Assembly (NCBI RefSeq): GCF_039654945.1
Contig: NW_027361696.1
Coordinates: 50,034,001 to 50,098,000 of the forward strand
DNA from: Dendrobates tinctorius
Taxonomy: Eukaryota
Direction: 5' to 3'
DNA length: 64,000 nucleotides
In this document: positions 50,826-63,280 of the stretch, in pieces
Numbering within the stretch: position 1 is the first letter of the stretch
Layout of the letters: the number at the start of each line of letters is the position of its first letter
Notes under the pieces: generated by a model
The model's database searches: none
What the model saw: only the letters and a program-made list of their open reading frames with translations
What the model was told of the DNA's origin: nothing
Position numbers and translations under genes: made by a program

Positions 50826-51994
50826 TACGTGACAACAAGGAAAATGACCATGTAAATCTACACATGATCACATTGTACAAGTACTGTATATCTGTCCTGT
50901 GTAAGGTAATATGTGACTCCGGCCACTAGGGGAGCTAATCAGAAGCTATGGAGCCCAGTGGACATTCAGTTATATCTTTTTGGCATGGTCCACAGTGGAA
51001 AACGTGCCACCTGAGCCTGTACTGCACTCACTCTATATACCGATGAAATAGCCACTTCTGCATTTTAAGAAAAGCACTTTTTTTTCTGGGTGTGGAAAGT
51101 AACAGCATTGTTCTGTATTTGAATGTTGCTCCAAAATTATTAATCTAGAAAATAAATTGTGTGTAAGAGCATGTGTCATTGGATATGGCAAAATCATTTT
51201 AAGCGTTACCATGCTGGTAAAAGGCAACACCTGATTGTTGCAAAGGGGAGGTGCATGGGGTTACAAGTGGTTTCTGATCCTGACCAGGGCAGATTGAGCC
51301 CCATTGCAAAAGTCAAATCGATTTCTCAAAAGGGTACTAGTTAAGAAATGAGCTAATCAATTAGTAGGACCGCAGTCCAGAAGCGACATCTGTAGTCCTT
51401 GGCTGTTGGACGGAATCCTTGCGGCATGATATACTCATGACATCACCCCAAAGTGGCTAATTAAGAGAAGCTGACTCGTGGGAAGCAAATTGCAGGGATC
51501 TCATCCAGCGACCATGGACTACTTACAGCTGGAATACCCCTTCAAAACTTCTAGATTGATGGTTGACCCTCTGTTGGGACCTCCACGGGTCACGAGACCA
51601 GGGCTCTTCTGTGCCCCGCTAGAGTGGAGCGGGAGCAAGTACGTGAGCTTTGCGCTCGGTTTTCTCCAGTTGTCACATTGGAAATGTGTGACGCGGCAGC
51701 CGAGTATGTGCTCTGATGTTCTGATAAACTTGCTGTATTCTTACGATCTATGGTTGGACCACCACTGATTTAGAAGTCTCCTCTGGGTAGGTGGTAACTA
51801 ATTCCAACTAGAATAACTTCTTAAGGGATCATTTACTTACTTTTTTTGTGGGTTTCTTTATCTGATTTTCTTTTGCCCATACACCATAGCTGGTCAATGT
51901 TTAATTTGTGAAAAATATTGTCTTGTGGATGTGGTCTTAGAAAACCCTTTTAAAGTAGTAAGTGCTAAGAGCTCCATTTCTACACCAAGATTCA

Positions 51995-52286
51995 GGCTAT
52001 GTGCACACGATACAGATTTGCTGCGGATCAGCAGCGGATTTTTCCGCGCAGAAACGCTGCAGATCCGCACTGTGATTTATAGTACAATGTAAATCAATGG
52101 AAAAAAAAAAAAAAGCTGTGCAGATGGTGCAGAAAAATCAGTGCGGAATTGCTGCGGATTTAAAAGAAGTGCATGTCACTGCAGGAAAACCGCAAAAAAA
52201 AGGAAGAAATCCGCAGGAAAAATGCAGATTTCGTAAAATCCGCGCGGAAAAATCCACGGGACGATCCGCACTGTGTGCACATAGCG
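51995..52286. mobile_element. Harbinger-type MITE (GTGCACACG family)
   Basis: TIR GGCTATGTGCACAC...GTGTGCACATAGCG; TCA/TAA flanks. Confidence 0.75.
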
Positions 52287-53299
52287 TAAGAGGCTGTATA
52301 CTGTGGCAGGCATGCAGCTGAAAAGGATATGTGGGAGGAGCATTGTCAGCTTACTGATTGGCTGATGATGCTCCTTCCATATGTCCTTTCCAGCTGAATG
52401 CCAGGCATAGTATGTAGCCTCACAAACTCTGTAGGATCATTATAGATGCAGCTCTTGGCACTTGCCAATTTAACCCTTTTTTAGGCAGATGTAGATCTTA
52501 ATTACTTTTATTCTATGACAGCGGCACAGATAAGACTTTAATGTCTTTGACCAAGATGTGCAGTCGGCAGCATCCGTGATTATAAAGCCATCGCACCTCC
52601 CAGACAGGATTGCATGGATCCGACTCCATCTGTAACACTTGAACATGAATATGCAAAGCGGCGCTCGTCCCAAGCCCTGGCATCGTCATCATATAATAAA
52701 TGCGGATGAGCCTGTATCATCCAGGCACCATGTCCGTAGTGAATACCCTTCCGGCACCAAACAGTTGTTATAATGGCAGCTGTAATTGCTCGCAGTGAGT
52801 GACGCTCTGCTCTCCTGGATCCAGATCTGCCTTCATTTGGATTCAGCTCCGCGCGCCCCTCACAGCTCCGTACGCCTGTAGTTACCTTGGTCTGGTGCCT
52901 CGGTATTTGGGGAAGAAAATTACACAGTTTTGTTTGGCTTTCATTTCAGTTCTCTGAAGAGTCAGAACATTGCGTTTTGCATGGCAGGTTCACTTGAAAG
53001 GTTCTGTTTAAAGGAATATGGAGTCTAAATCCTTATATGTATGTATATATCTATGACTATACACACCTCTGCAGGTTTAGTGCTCTGCGAGTCACAGCGG
53101 CTGCTGCAAAAGCAAACAAAATCCAGAGATGAAGACGAATACATAGAGAAAGCAGCGGAGCATCTCCTTCTGTGAATCGCTGATCAAGCCCCCAACATGG
53201 GGGAGAAAGAGATGAGAGGGTTAATGTCTATCTATCTATTATCTATCATATATCATCTTTCTATCTATTGTCTATCATCTAGTTACCTATCTATCTACA

Positions 53300-53880
53300 T
53301 GAAACAAAAAACCTGACCAGAACCTCCATATAGTGTGAACAGGTGCCCACGGCAATCTGCATAACTTGCAAAAAGGAGAGACGCAGCAGCACTCTATAGA
53401 GACCAATATATATGCAAACACAAATTCTAACATAATTGCTGAATAAACTGTACTAAAAAATGTATTTTATTTTTTTAAAGTACGGTACTTACAAAAATGA
53501 AGGTTCTTAGCGCATAAGTTGGTCAATTCATGAAAGCCCATTAACCGCGACAAGGTGACAGTTCTTTGATGGGTCCTATCATCTAAAACACGCCACTCTT
53601 GGGCTTTAAGCCTGCAGTGTGAATGGGCAACATGCCTCTCCTGGGTTATAAATCTGCACATTTAAAAGGGCTGGTAGGAACCAGAGCTAATTAAAAACAC
53701 CCTTGGGTGGCGTGCAGATTCAGAAACGAGGTAGTCACAACCTCCAATGGCAAACTGCATAGAGAAAAACCTGACCAGCACGTCCACATAGTGTGAACAG
53801 GTGCCCGCTGCAATGATGGCATAACTTGCAAAAAGGGACGCAGTAGCACTCTGTAGAGACCAATATGTATGCAAACACAT
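53300..53880. mobile_element. Element with about 115-bp terminal direct repeats inside a (TATC)n microsatellite; possibly a Penelope-like terminal fragment
   Basis: AAAAACCTGACCAG...GCAGCACTCT..GAGACCAATAT.TATGCAAACACA repeated at 53306-53421 and 53766-53879. The family assignment is inference. Confidence 0.4.
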
Positions 53881-53945
53881 ATCATCTATCTATAATCTAT
53901 CATCTATCTACCGTATTTATCTATCCATCTGTTATCTATGAGTTA

Positions 53946-55576
53946 CAGTGCCTTTCGAAAGTATTCGGCTCCCTGGAACTTTTCAACCTTTTCCCCACAT
54001 ATCATGCTTCAAACATAAAGATACCAAATGTACATTTTTTGGTGAAGAATCAACAACAAGTGGAACACAATTGTGAAGTTGAACGAAATGTATTGGTTAT
54101 TTTAAATTTTTGTGGAAATTCAAAAACTAAAAAGTGGGATGTGCAATATTATTTGGCCCCTTTAATTTAATAATTTGTTGCCCCACCTTTTGCTGCGATT
54201 ACAGCTGCAAGTCACTTGGGGTATGTCTATATCAGTTTTGTACATCGAGAGACTGAAATTCTTGCCCATTCTTCCTTGGCAAACAGCTCGAGCTCAGTGA
54301 GGTTTGATGGAGATTGTTTGTGAACAGCAGTTTTCAGCTCTTTCCACAGATTCTCGATTGGATTCAGGTCTGGACTTTGACTTGGCCATTCTAACACCTG
54401 GATACCTTGATTTGTGAACCATTCCACTGTAGATTTTGCTTTCTGTTTGGGATCATTGTCTTGTTCGAAGACAAATCTCTGTCCCAGTCTCAGGTCTTTT
54501 GCAGACTCCTTCAGGTTTTCTTCAAGAATGGTCCTGTATTTGGCTCCATCCACCTTCCCATCAATTTTAACCATCTTCCCTGTCCCTGCTGAAGAAAAGC
54601 AGGCCCAAACCATGATGCTGCCACCACCATGTTTGACAGTGAGGATGGTGTGTTCAGGGTGATGAGCTGTGTTACCTTTACGCCAAACATATCGTTTGGC
54701 ATTGTTGCCAAAAAGTTCGATTATGGTTTCATCTGACCAGAGCACCTTCTTCCACATGTTTGGTGTGTCTCCCAGGTGGCTTGTTGCAAACTTTAAATGA
54801 CACTTTTCATGGATATCTTTTAGAAATGGCTTTCTTCTTGCCACTCTTCCATAAAGGCCAGATTTGTGCAGTGTACGACTGATTGTTGTCCTATGGACAG
54901 ACTGTCCCACCTCAGCTGTAGATCTCTGCAGTTCATCCAGAGTGATCATGGGCCTCTTGGCTTAATCTCTGATCAGTCTTCTCCTTGTTTGAGATGAAAG
55001 TTTAGAGGGATGGCCGGGTCTTGGTACATTTGCAGTGTTATGATACTCCATCCATTTCAATATGATCGCTTGCACAGTGCTCCTTGGGATGTTTAAATTT
55101 TTGGAAATCATTTTGTATCTAAATCCGGCTTTAAACTTCTCCACAACAGTATCACGGACCTGCCTGTTGTGTTCCTTGGTCTTCATGATGCTCTCTGTGC
55201 TTCAAACAGAACCCTGAGACTATCACAGAGCAGGTGCATTTATACGGAGACTTGATTACACACAGCTGGATTATATTTATCATCATTAGTCATTTAGGAC
55301 AACATTGGATTATTCAGAGATCCACAATGAACTTCTGGAATGAGTTTGCTGCACTGAAAGTAAAGGGGCCAAATAATATTGCACGCCCCACTTTTCAGTT
55401 TTCGAATTTCCCCAAAAATTTAAAATAACCAATAAATTTCGTTCAACTTCACAATTGTGTGCCACTTGTTGTTGATTCTTCACCAAAAACTTACATTTGG
55501 AATCCTTATGTTTGAAGCATCATATATGAGAAAAGGTTGAAAGTTCCAGGGAGCCGATTAATTTCACAAGGCACTG
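53946..55576 (-). mobile_element. Full-length Tc1 (DD34E) transposon; transposase 55186..~54167 disabled by in-frame stops
   Basis: TA|CAGTGCCTT...AAGGCACTG|TA with about 200-bp IRs; WSDE, QDND, NPIENLW; nonsense codons at 54962-64, 54227-29 and near 54212. Confidence 0.95.
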
Positions 55577-55603
55577 TATCTATTATATATCTATCATCTA
55601 TTA

Positions 55604-57043
55604 CACAGGTCTACAAAAAATATTTTTTGTAATCGTTGCAGGTTACTTTGTACTTTTCTGAATCATCTTTTTGTCCTGATTTCAAAAATGTATATAGTTT
55701 TTCTGTAGCACATATAGTTTCCATGGAGCAGCATCATAATTATAAGGTGTAGGGAATATACTGTCAACATTAAGAAAACAGTAATCTACATATCAGAAAA
55801 AAATTGTTCACCTTACAAAACAGTTTTTATTGAACCAAAATAATTTCACATGCAAAATAGAAACCAAAATATGAGCAGAAATTAAAAGTGCTTGACATTA
55901 GACTGTCGTTGTTACGGTTTTTCAGGGTTGTCCATATATAACATCCAACAGTAATCTGCCATCATTCAGTCATTCCAAAAACCCTGGATAGCGGTGTTCC
56001 ATTATTTTAATGTCCTGTGAAACTGCTCACCTTGTGAAGCAATCATTGGTTGACTGCACTGTCAATACTCTTTCCCATAAAGCTCACTAAAACCTTTACT
56101 GATGTTGTCCCTGTAAGAAAATTCACAATTAAGACAAGCAAAGAAATGGGAATAACACAGGAAAAACCATATACCGTATTTTGCGGATCATAAGACGCAC
56201 CGGATTATAAAACGCACCCCAAATTTTGAGGAGAAAAACAGGAAGAAAAAAATATTTTTTTAAGTAAAATGGTGGTGCTTCTTATAATCCATGCGTCTTA
56301 TTGCTTACCGGGGGGGTGGTGGCTGCAGTGGAGCGGGGTCCCAGGGTCGCCACTGGAGGAGGCAAGAGTGGAGCATTGCTGCAGGCCGCAGGCTGGGATG
56401 AGGGGGTGTTCGAATATGCGGTGCGGCGTGCCGCTGCGGATGTTCGGTGCTCTTCGGCTTGGTTTCCAATGCGGTAGACTGGACTCCGGGAAAATGGCTG
56501 CTGGCCAGGGGTAACACATGAACAGATGGAGATCTCGGTACTAAGATCTTGGGAGGTGAGATCTCTTCTCCCGTGATCTTGGTGCAGAGATATCCATTTG
56601 CACATGCGCCGTCCACCGGCAGCCATTTTCCTAGAGTCCAGTCCACCACATAGAAAACCATGCAACTGCGGGGGCTATTGGTTTTCACAAGATATCGGAA
56701 CAGCCCCCGCAGAAACGAATATTCGCAGCACCAAAGACCCGCAACGGCGCGCCGCACCGCACATCCGAACACCCTCTCATCCCAGCCTGCGGCCGGTAAG
56801 GTATATCCGCATTATAAGATGCACCCATATTTCCCCAAAAAGTTTTTGGGGAAAAAAGTGCGTCTTATAATCATAAAAATACCGTACATTGAAAATGCAG
56901 AAATAACGTAATAGCAAAAATACTTCTATCTCAGAAGCATTGTGATAGAGCAAAACTAAGCATAGTTTTGGAATCAGCACACCAAACTCCATAAAACAGA
57001 CATATTACCTTTGCTGATGATTTTTTTTTTGTGTTGACCAGTG
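55604..57043 (-). mobile_element. Chapaev3-like (CMC superfamily) deletion derivative
   Basis: TTA|CACAGGTCTACAAAAA...TTTTTGTGTTGACCAGTG|TTA; the minus strand at about 55930-56035 retains a frameshifted QGEQF-HQDIKIMEHRY.G.WND.MMADYCWML transposase C-terminus. Confidence 0.65.
56174..56884. mobile_element. Tc1/pogo-type MITE nested in the Chapaev3-like element
   Basis: TA|CCGTATTTTGCGGATCATAAGACGCAC...GTGCGTCTTATAATCATAAAAATACCG|TA; internal inverted repeats. Confidence 0.75.
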
Positions 57044-57585
57044 TTATCTATCTATCTATCATCTATTCTCTATCTATCTCTTATTTATCTATTATCTGTC
57101 TGTCTATGTGTTATCCATTATCTATCTATTATCTATCTAGCTGCTGCAGAACATCATAATACACCTAAACTGTCAGGTTCTTCCCATTCATTACACCTGA
57201 AGTTTATGGTATCCCATCATCAGAACAAGCTGTAATCATCTTCCCATCAGTGAACATTCCTAATAAAGAGTTATTGTCCAATGCAGAGAGAACCTTTGTC
57301 ATAGAGTGAAATTAAAATCCATAAGATCTCTCCATGAAGGTACATGCCCCCTTCACGTTAAACATATGGGAAAGAGAGAAAGCTAGTTATAGCTAAGTAA
57401 CAGATGGACTACTTAAAACAAGAGAAAAGAGAACAAGCAAACGCCACAGCTCAACAGAAGAAGCGGTCCACTGCAGTGTCCAGGTAATTAAGACCAGAAT
57501 TTCTATTTTGGGGACCAGATACCAAAATGGACATTCATTTACACAGGTAACTCTTCCTCTCATCAAGGGAAAACTGGACAATGGC

Positions 57586-57990
57586 AATAATAATCTTTAT
57601 TTTTATAGCGCCAACATATTCCGCAGCGCTTTACAGTTTAACAGTTCCAAAACACAAGTCATAAGTAACAACGTTAACAATACAATAATTAAAGCAAAAT
57701 AAGATGACCCTGCTCGTGAGAGCTTACAATCTACAATGAGGTGGGGGAGATACAAAGTACAGGTGTATCTATTTACAATGATGGTCCAGCCATCTTGAGG
57801 GAGTGAGGGATAGATGGAGATGGTGAATGGGCTACACACACACACTTACACATAAAATTACTTTGATTAGTGAATATGATATGCCACTCTGAACAAATGT
57901 GTTTTGAAGGCATGCCTAAAACTATGCAAATTGTGAATAGTCATTTCTTGGGGTAGAGCATTGCAGAGGATTGGCGCAGCACGGGAGAAA
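57586..57990 (-). mobile_element. L2 LINE 3' end (with tail)
   Basis: Minus-strand L2 terminus GCGGAATATGTTGGCGCTATAAAAATAAAGATTATTATT. Confidence 0.8.
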
Positions 57991-59065
57991 CTCCTTGAAC
58001 AGCATGTCCATGCTCAACTTTCAACGTTCTCAACTTTCCTCCCACCTCTCATCTAACTCCCTCCTTGACATCCTCCAATCTGGCTTCTGCCCCCACCACT
58101 CCACTGAAACTGCCGTGACCAAAATTACTAATGACTTACAGCCAAAGCTAACAGACAGTTCTCCATCCTCCTCCTTCTCGACCTGTCCTCTGCCTTCAAC
58201 ACAGTCGACCACTGCCTACTGCTACAGATTCTTTCTTCCCTTGGCATCAAAGACATTGCCTGGTCCTGGATTGCCTCATACCTTTCTGACCGCACATTCA
58301 GCGTTTCCCACTCCCACACTACCTCCTCATCCCGCCCTCTCTCTGTTGGGGTCCCCCAAGGCTCTGTCCTGGGGCCCCTACTTTTCTCAATCTATACCCT
58401 TGGCCTAGGACAACTCATAAAGTCCCATGTCTTCCATTACCACCTGTATGCGGACGTCACTCAGATCTACCTCTCTGGCCCAGATGTCACCTCTCTGCTG
58501 TCCAGAATCCTGGAGTGTCTATCAGCCATATCCTCCGTTTTCACCTCTCTCTTCCTAAAACTCAATGTAGACAAAACTGAACTCATCATCTTTCCTCCAT
58601 CTCACGTATCTTCCCTACTCGATCTATCTATTATGGTAAACGGCATCACGCTCTCTCCCGCACCTGAAATCCGCTGTCTCGGAGTAACTCTCGACTCTGC
58701 CCTGTCCTTCAAACCACATGTCCAAACTCTTGCCACCTCCTGTCACCTCCAACTCAAAAATATTTCCAGAATCAGTCCCTTCTTCAGCCCTCAATCTACT
58801 AAAACTCTTGTACATGCCCTCATCATCTCCCACCTTGACTACTGCAACACTCTCCTCTGTGGCCTCCCTGCTAACTCTCTTGCACCACTCCAGTCTGTCT
58901 TCAACTCTGCTGCCCGACTAATCCACCTCTCTCCTCGCTACTCCCCTGTCTCTCCCCTCTGCAAATCCCTCCACTGGCTCCCAATTCCCCAACGAATCCA
59001 GTTAAAATGACTAACACTGACCTACAAAGCCATCCACAACCTTTCCCCACCCTATATCTCAGAAC
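57991..59065 (+). mobile_element. L2 LINE RT segment, inverted relative to the adjacent 3' end, cut by a hAT insertion
   Basis: Collinear with 4565..6015 ([32 protein letters not shown]). Confidence 0.9.
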
Positions 59066-60109
59066 TAGTGTTGAGCGATACCACCCGATATTGAAAAATA
59101 TCGGATAGGATTGGATCGGCCGATATCCAAAAAGTATCGGGTATCGCCGATTCCGATCCCGGAAGTCCCATTCAAGTCAATTGGACAGAAATATCGTAAT
59201 TTAAAAAAAACCCTTTCTTTCCTTGTAGGTTAATTCTACATGAAGAAAAACAACTAATAATAATGTAGAATGTATTGTGGGGGGTGTAGGAGACATTAAA
59301 GCCATAGAGGTTTAACCCAATCAAATGGAATAGCAGGAATTATTTTTTTTTTTTTTTAAAGTAGTTCGGAGTTACAAAGATATTGACTATGTTAACCTCT
59401 TTTATATTTTGTCAGATATGTATGTTTCACTACTTCCATGCTCTTCACCTTTTTTACTTCTCCCACACTTTCTCCTTCATCATCCTCAGCAGCAGCATCG
59501 TTTTCATCAACTTCTTCACCTTATTCACCTTCTTCTTCACCTTCTTCCTATTATTCTTTTTTTTTTACATTCTTCACATTCTTCTTATTCAACTATTATT
59601 CTTCTTCATATTCTTCTTCTTCATCTTCTTCCTATTCTTCTTCTTCATCATATTCTTATTTGTGACAGGCATTCCTGTAGTTGTTATCTATAAAAGTTTG
59701 AAGATTACACCTTCCGTTCTGCCTGTCACAAAAGATTTACCACAGGATTTGTCCGCGTTCAGTTTGGCCTGCAGCAGCAGGCATTTTCCAGGGGCACCAC
59801 GAGGAGGAACGGACTCACCCCCATACACTGCTTATTCTTCTTCTGCTTATAATTTAGATAATATCATTTGCTCTGATTTTTAGTCTTATGCTTAATGTTC
59901 TTCTGCTCTTGGTTTTTCTGCTTCTTGGTCTTCTGTCTCTTGTTGTTCTGCATCTTGGTGGTTGTCTTCATGTTCTTTGTCCTCTTGGTCATCTTCTTCA
60001 GGGTCATCTTTTTGGTCTTCTTCGGTGTGGTCTTCAGGGTCGTCGTCAGGGAGATCCAGAGTGAGAACCAAAAACCATTTCCACAAGCTCGAACTTGGAA
60101 AAGTAGAAG

Positions 60110-62850
60110 AAGGCTGAGGAACTGCTGAGAACCAGCTGACGGTACTGGACCCTGGATGGTTAGCAGAAGGAACAAGAGCAAATGGAACTAGGGAGGACCA
60201 GCTGACGGTGCTGGAACCCAGAAGGGCAGCAGAAGGAACAAGAGCCAATGGCACAACCGTGGACCAGCTGATGGTGCTGGTTACTAAGCAGGAGGTACCT
60301 GTGCTACAAAGCACTACCAAGGACCAGCAGACGTTGCTGGAACTCGGATACCGAGAAGGAGGCACCTAGGCCAAAGGCACTGCTGAGAACCAGCTGATGG
60401 TGCTGGAACCCGGATGGGTAGCAGAAGCTGCAAGAGCCAATGGAACTAGCGAGGACCAGCTGACGGTGCTGGAACCCGGAGGGGCAGCAGAAGGAACAAG
60501 AGCCAATGGCACAACCGTGGACCAGCTGACGGTGCTGGAACACAGTTACTAAGCAGGAGGTACCTGTGCTAGAAAGCACTACCAAGGACCAGCAAACGTT
60601 GCTGGAACTCGGATACCGAGACGGAGGCACCTCGGCCAAAGGCACTGCCGAGAACCAGCTGACGGTGCTGGAACCCGGATGGGTAGCAGAAGGTACCCAT
60701 GATAAAGACAAAGTTGCAAGGCCACGAGCAGGCCGCAGTTACTGAAACCCACAGCCCTACAGGGGGTGCTTGTCCTATTGGCACTACGGAACCAGCCTTT
60801 ATTACCAGAACCCGCAGCCCACATAGGAAGCACCTAAACTGCAGGCATCATAGACTCGGCTAACCCGACCGCAGCACGACCGGACAACGAGTCGGTGGCA
60901 AAGTGATGTTGACACTCCCCGGAAACAGCAGGCGTGCTGGAACCAGGATGGGGAGGAGGGAGTACCCGTGCCAAAGACACTTCTGAGCAGCAGCTGGCGA
61001 TGTTGGAGCCCAGGGTCAATCAGGGTGTAGGCTGAGGGCTAATTTCATCAAGTTTAATATCTGTTGTAGACTACTACTGATTTTAAATGTGCTCCAACTA
61101 GGCCTCTGTCTCCACTCTGTCTCTAGTATTTCCCCTGGCATCCAACCCCGCCAGTTGCTGCTCAGAAGTGGCGTCTGCACAATCAACACTTGTTCCTGTG
61201 TTACTGGGGTTCAGTAACGTCAGCTGTTCCCCTGATGTGTGTCCGGCAATGTCTCCTGCTCTGTCCACATTCCCACTACTAGTAGTGGGAATGTGGACAG
61301 AGCAGAGAAATTGCCGGACACACATCTGGGGTTCAGCTGACGTTACTGAACCCCAGTAACAGGAACAAGTGTTGATTGTGCAGACGCCACTTCTGAGCAG
61401 CAACTGGTGGGGTTGGAGGCCAGGGGAAATACTAGAGACAGAGTGGAGCCAGAGGCCTAGTTGGAGCACGTTTGAAATCAGTAGTAGTGTGAATGTGGAG
61501 GCAGCAGGAGATATTGCCGTCCACACAGCAGGGGAGCAGCTGGCATTACTGAACCCCACTAACACTGGAGCATGTGTTTCTCTCTGTGCAGACGGCACTT
61601 CCAAGCAACAACTGGCTGTGTTGAAGCCCAGGATCAGTCATGGAGCAGGCTGAGGCCTATTTGCAGCAAGTTTTATAGGTGATGTAGTTTGAATGTGGAG
61701 GCAGCAGGAGAAATTGCCGTCCACACAGCAGGGGAGCAGCTGGCATTACTGAACCCCACTAATACTGGAGCAAGTGTTTCTCTCTGCAGACGGCACTTCC
61801 AAGCTACAACTGGCTGTGTTGAAGCCCAGGAACAATCATGCAGCAGGCGGAGGCCTACTTGCAGCAAGTTTTATATAGGTTGTAGACTACTACTGATTGT
61901 AACCTTGCTCCACTTCGGCCTCTGGCTCCACTGTCTCTAGTATTTCCCCTGGCCTTCAACCCCACCAGTTGCTGCTCTGAAGTGGCGTTGGCACAATCCA
62001 CACTTGTTTCTGTGTTACTGGGGCTCAGTCACGTCAGTTGATCCCCTGATGTGTGTCCGGCAATGTCTCCTGCTCTGTCCACATTCCCACTACTAGTAAA
62101 GGGAATGTGGACAGAGCAGGAGACATTGCCGGACACACATCAGGGGATCAACTGACGTGACTGAGCCCCAGTAACACAGGAACAAGTGTGGATTGTGCAG
62201 ACGCCACTTCAGAGCAGCGACTGGTGGGGTTGGAGGCCAGGGGAAATACTAGAGACATTCGAGCCAGAGGCCGAAGTGGAGCACGGTTACAAATCAGTAG
62301 TAGTTTGATTGTGGAGGGAGCAGGAGACTTTGCCGTCCACACAGCAGGGGAGCAGCTGGCGTTACTGAACCCCACTAACACAGGAGCTAGTGTTTTTCTC
62401 TGTGCGGACAGCACTTCCGAGCGACAACTGGCTGTGTTGAAGCCCTGGATCAATCATGCAGCAGGCTGAGGCCTACTTAAAACAAGTAGAAAATCGGATG
62501 TTGTGTCAATGTGGAGGGAGCAGGAGACTTTGCCGTCCACACAGCAGGGGAGCAGCTGGCGTGACTGAACCCCACTAACACAGGAGCTAGTGTTTTTCTC
62601 TGTGCGGACAGCACTTCCGAGCGATAACTGGCTGTGTTGAAGCCCATGATCAATCATGCAGCAGGCTGAGGCCTACTTGGAACAAGTAGAAAATCGGATG
62701 TTGTGTCAATGTGGAGGGAGCAGGAGACTTTGCCGTCCACACAGCTGGGGAGCAGCTGGCTTTACTGAACCCCACTAACACAGGAGCTAGTGTTTTTCTC
62801 TGTGCAGACGGCACTTCTGAGCGACAACTGGCTGTGTTGAAGCCCAGGGA
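60110..62850. repeat. Compound satellite inside the hAT element (about 60-bp CCAGCTGACGGTGCTGGAAC units, then about 185-bp units with two fold-back palindromes)
   Basis: Direct repeats seen directly; palindromes centred at 61280/81 and 62094/95. Confidence 0.85.
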
Positions 62851-62915
62851 TTACAGTTCTGGTGGTTGAAACATGAACACAACAGGAGACCTGGATACTG
62901 TTGCCAACCAATTAT

Positions 62916-63280
62916 TTATTCTGGAAGAGGACTGGCAAATTCTGGTGAGATCCAGGCCTTGTTCATTTTCAGAAAAGTAAGCCGGTCAACGTTATCAGAG
63001 GATAGTCGCGTGCGACGGTCTGTTAGTACACCACCTGCGGCACTAAAGACGCGTTTCGATAATACACTGGCAGCAGGGCAAGCCAGCACCTCCAATGCAT
63101 ACTGGCTAAGCTCTGGCCATGTATCCAGCTTAGAGACCCAAAACTTGAAGGGGGAAGAACCGTCTGGGAGTACACTGACTGGGCAAGACATGTAGTCTGT
63201 CACCATCTGATGGAAACGTTGCCTCCTGCTGACTGGAGCCGTCTGTGATGGTGTAGACATTTGTGGCGGACACACAAAAC
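62916..63280 (-). pseudogene. hAT transposase C-terminal dimerisation domain, interrupted by an LTR
   Basis: PFKFWVSKLDTWPELSQYALEVLACPAASVLSKRVFSAAGGVLTDRRTRLSSDNVDRLTFLKMN; the catalytic E of SERxFS is replaced by K. Confidence 0.88.

Larger units (their letters stand above)
59066..63280 (-). mobile_element. Large hAT transposon, 3' portion (continues beyond the LTR and the window)
   Basis: TIR TAGTGTTGAGCG at 59066 with subterminal CCGATA/TATCGG repeats; hAT dimerisation domain at 62916..63280. Confidence 0.8.

Noticed and set aside
59383-60365. Phe-, Ser- or acidic-rich ORFs
   Set aside because: Translations of TTC/TCT low-complexity sequence within the hAT element.
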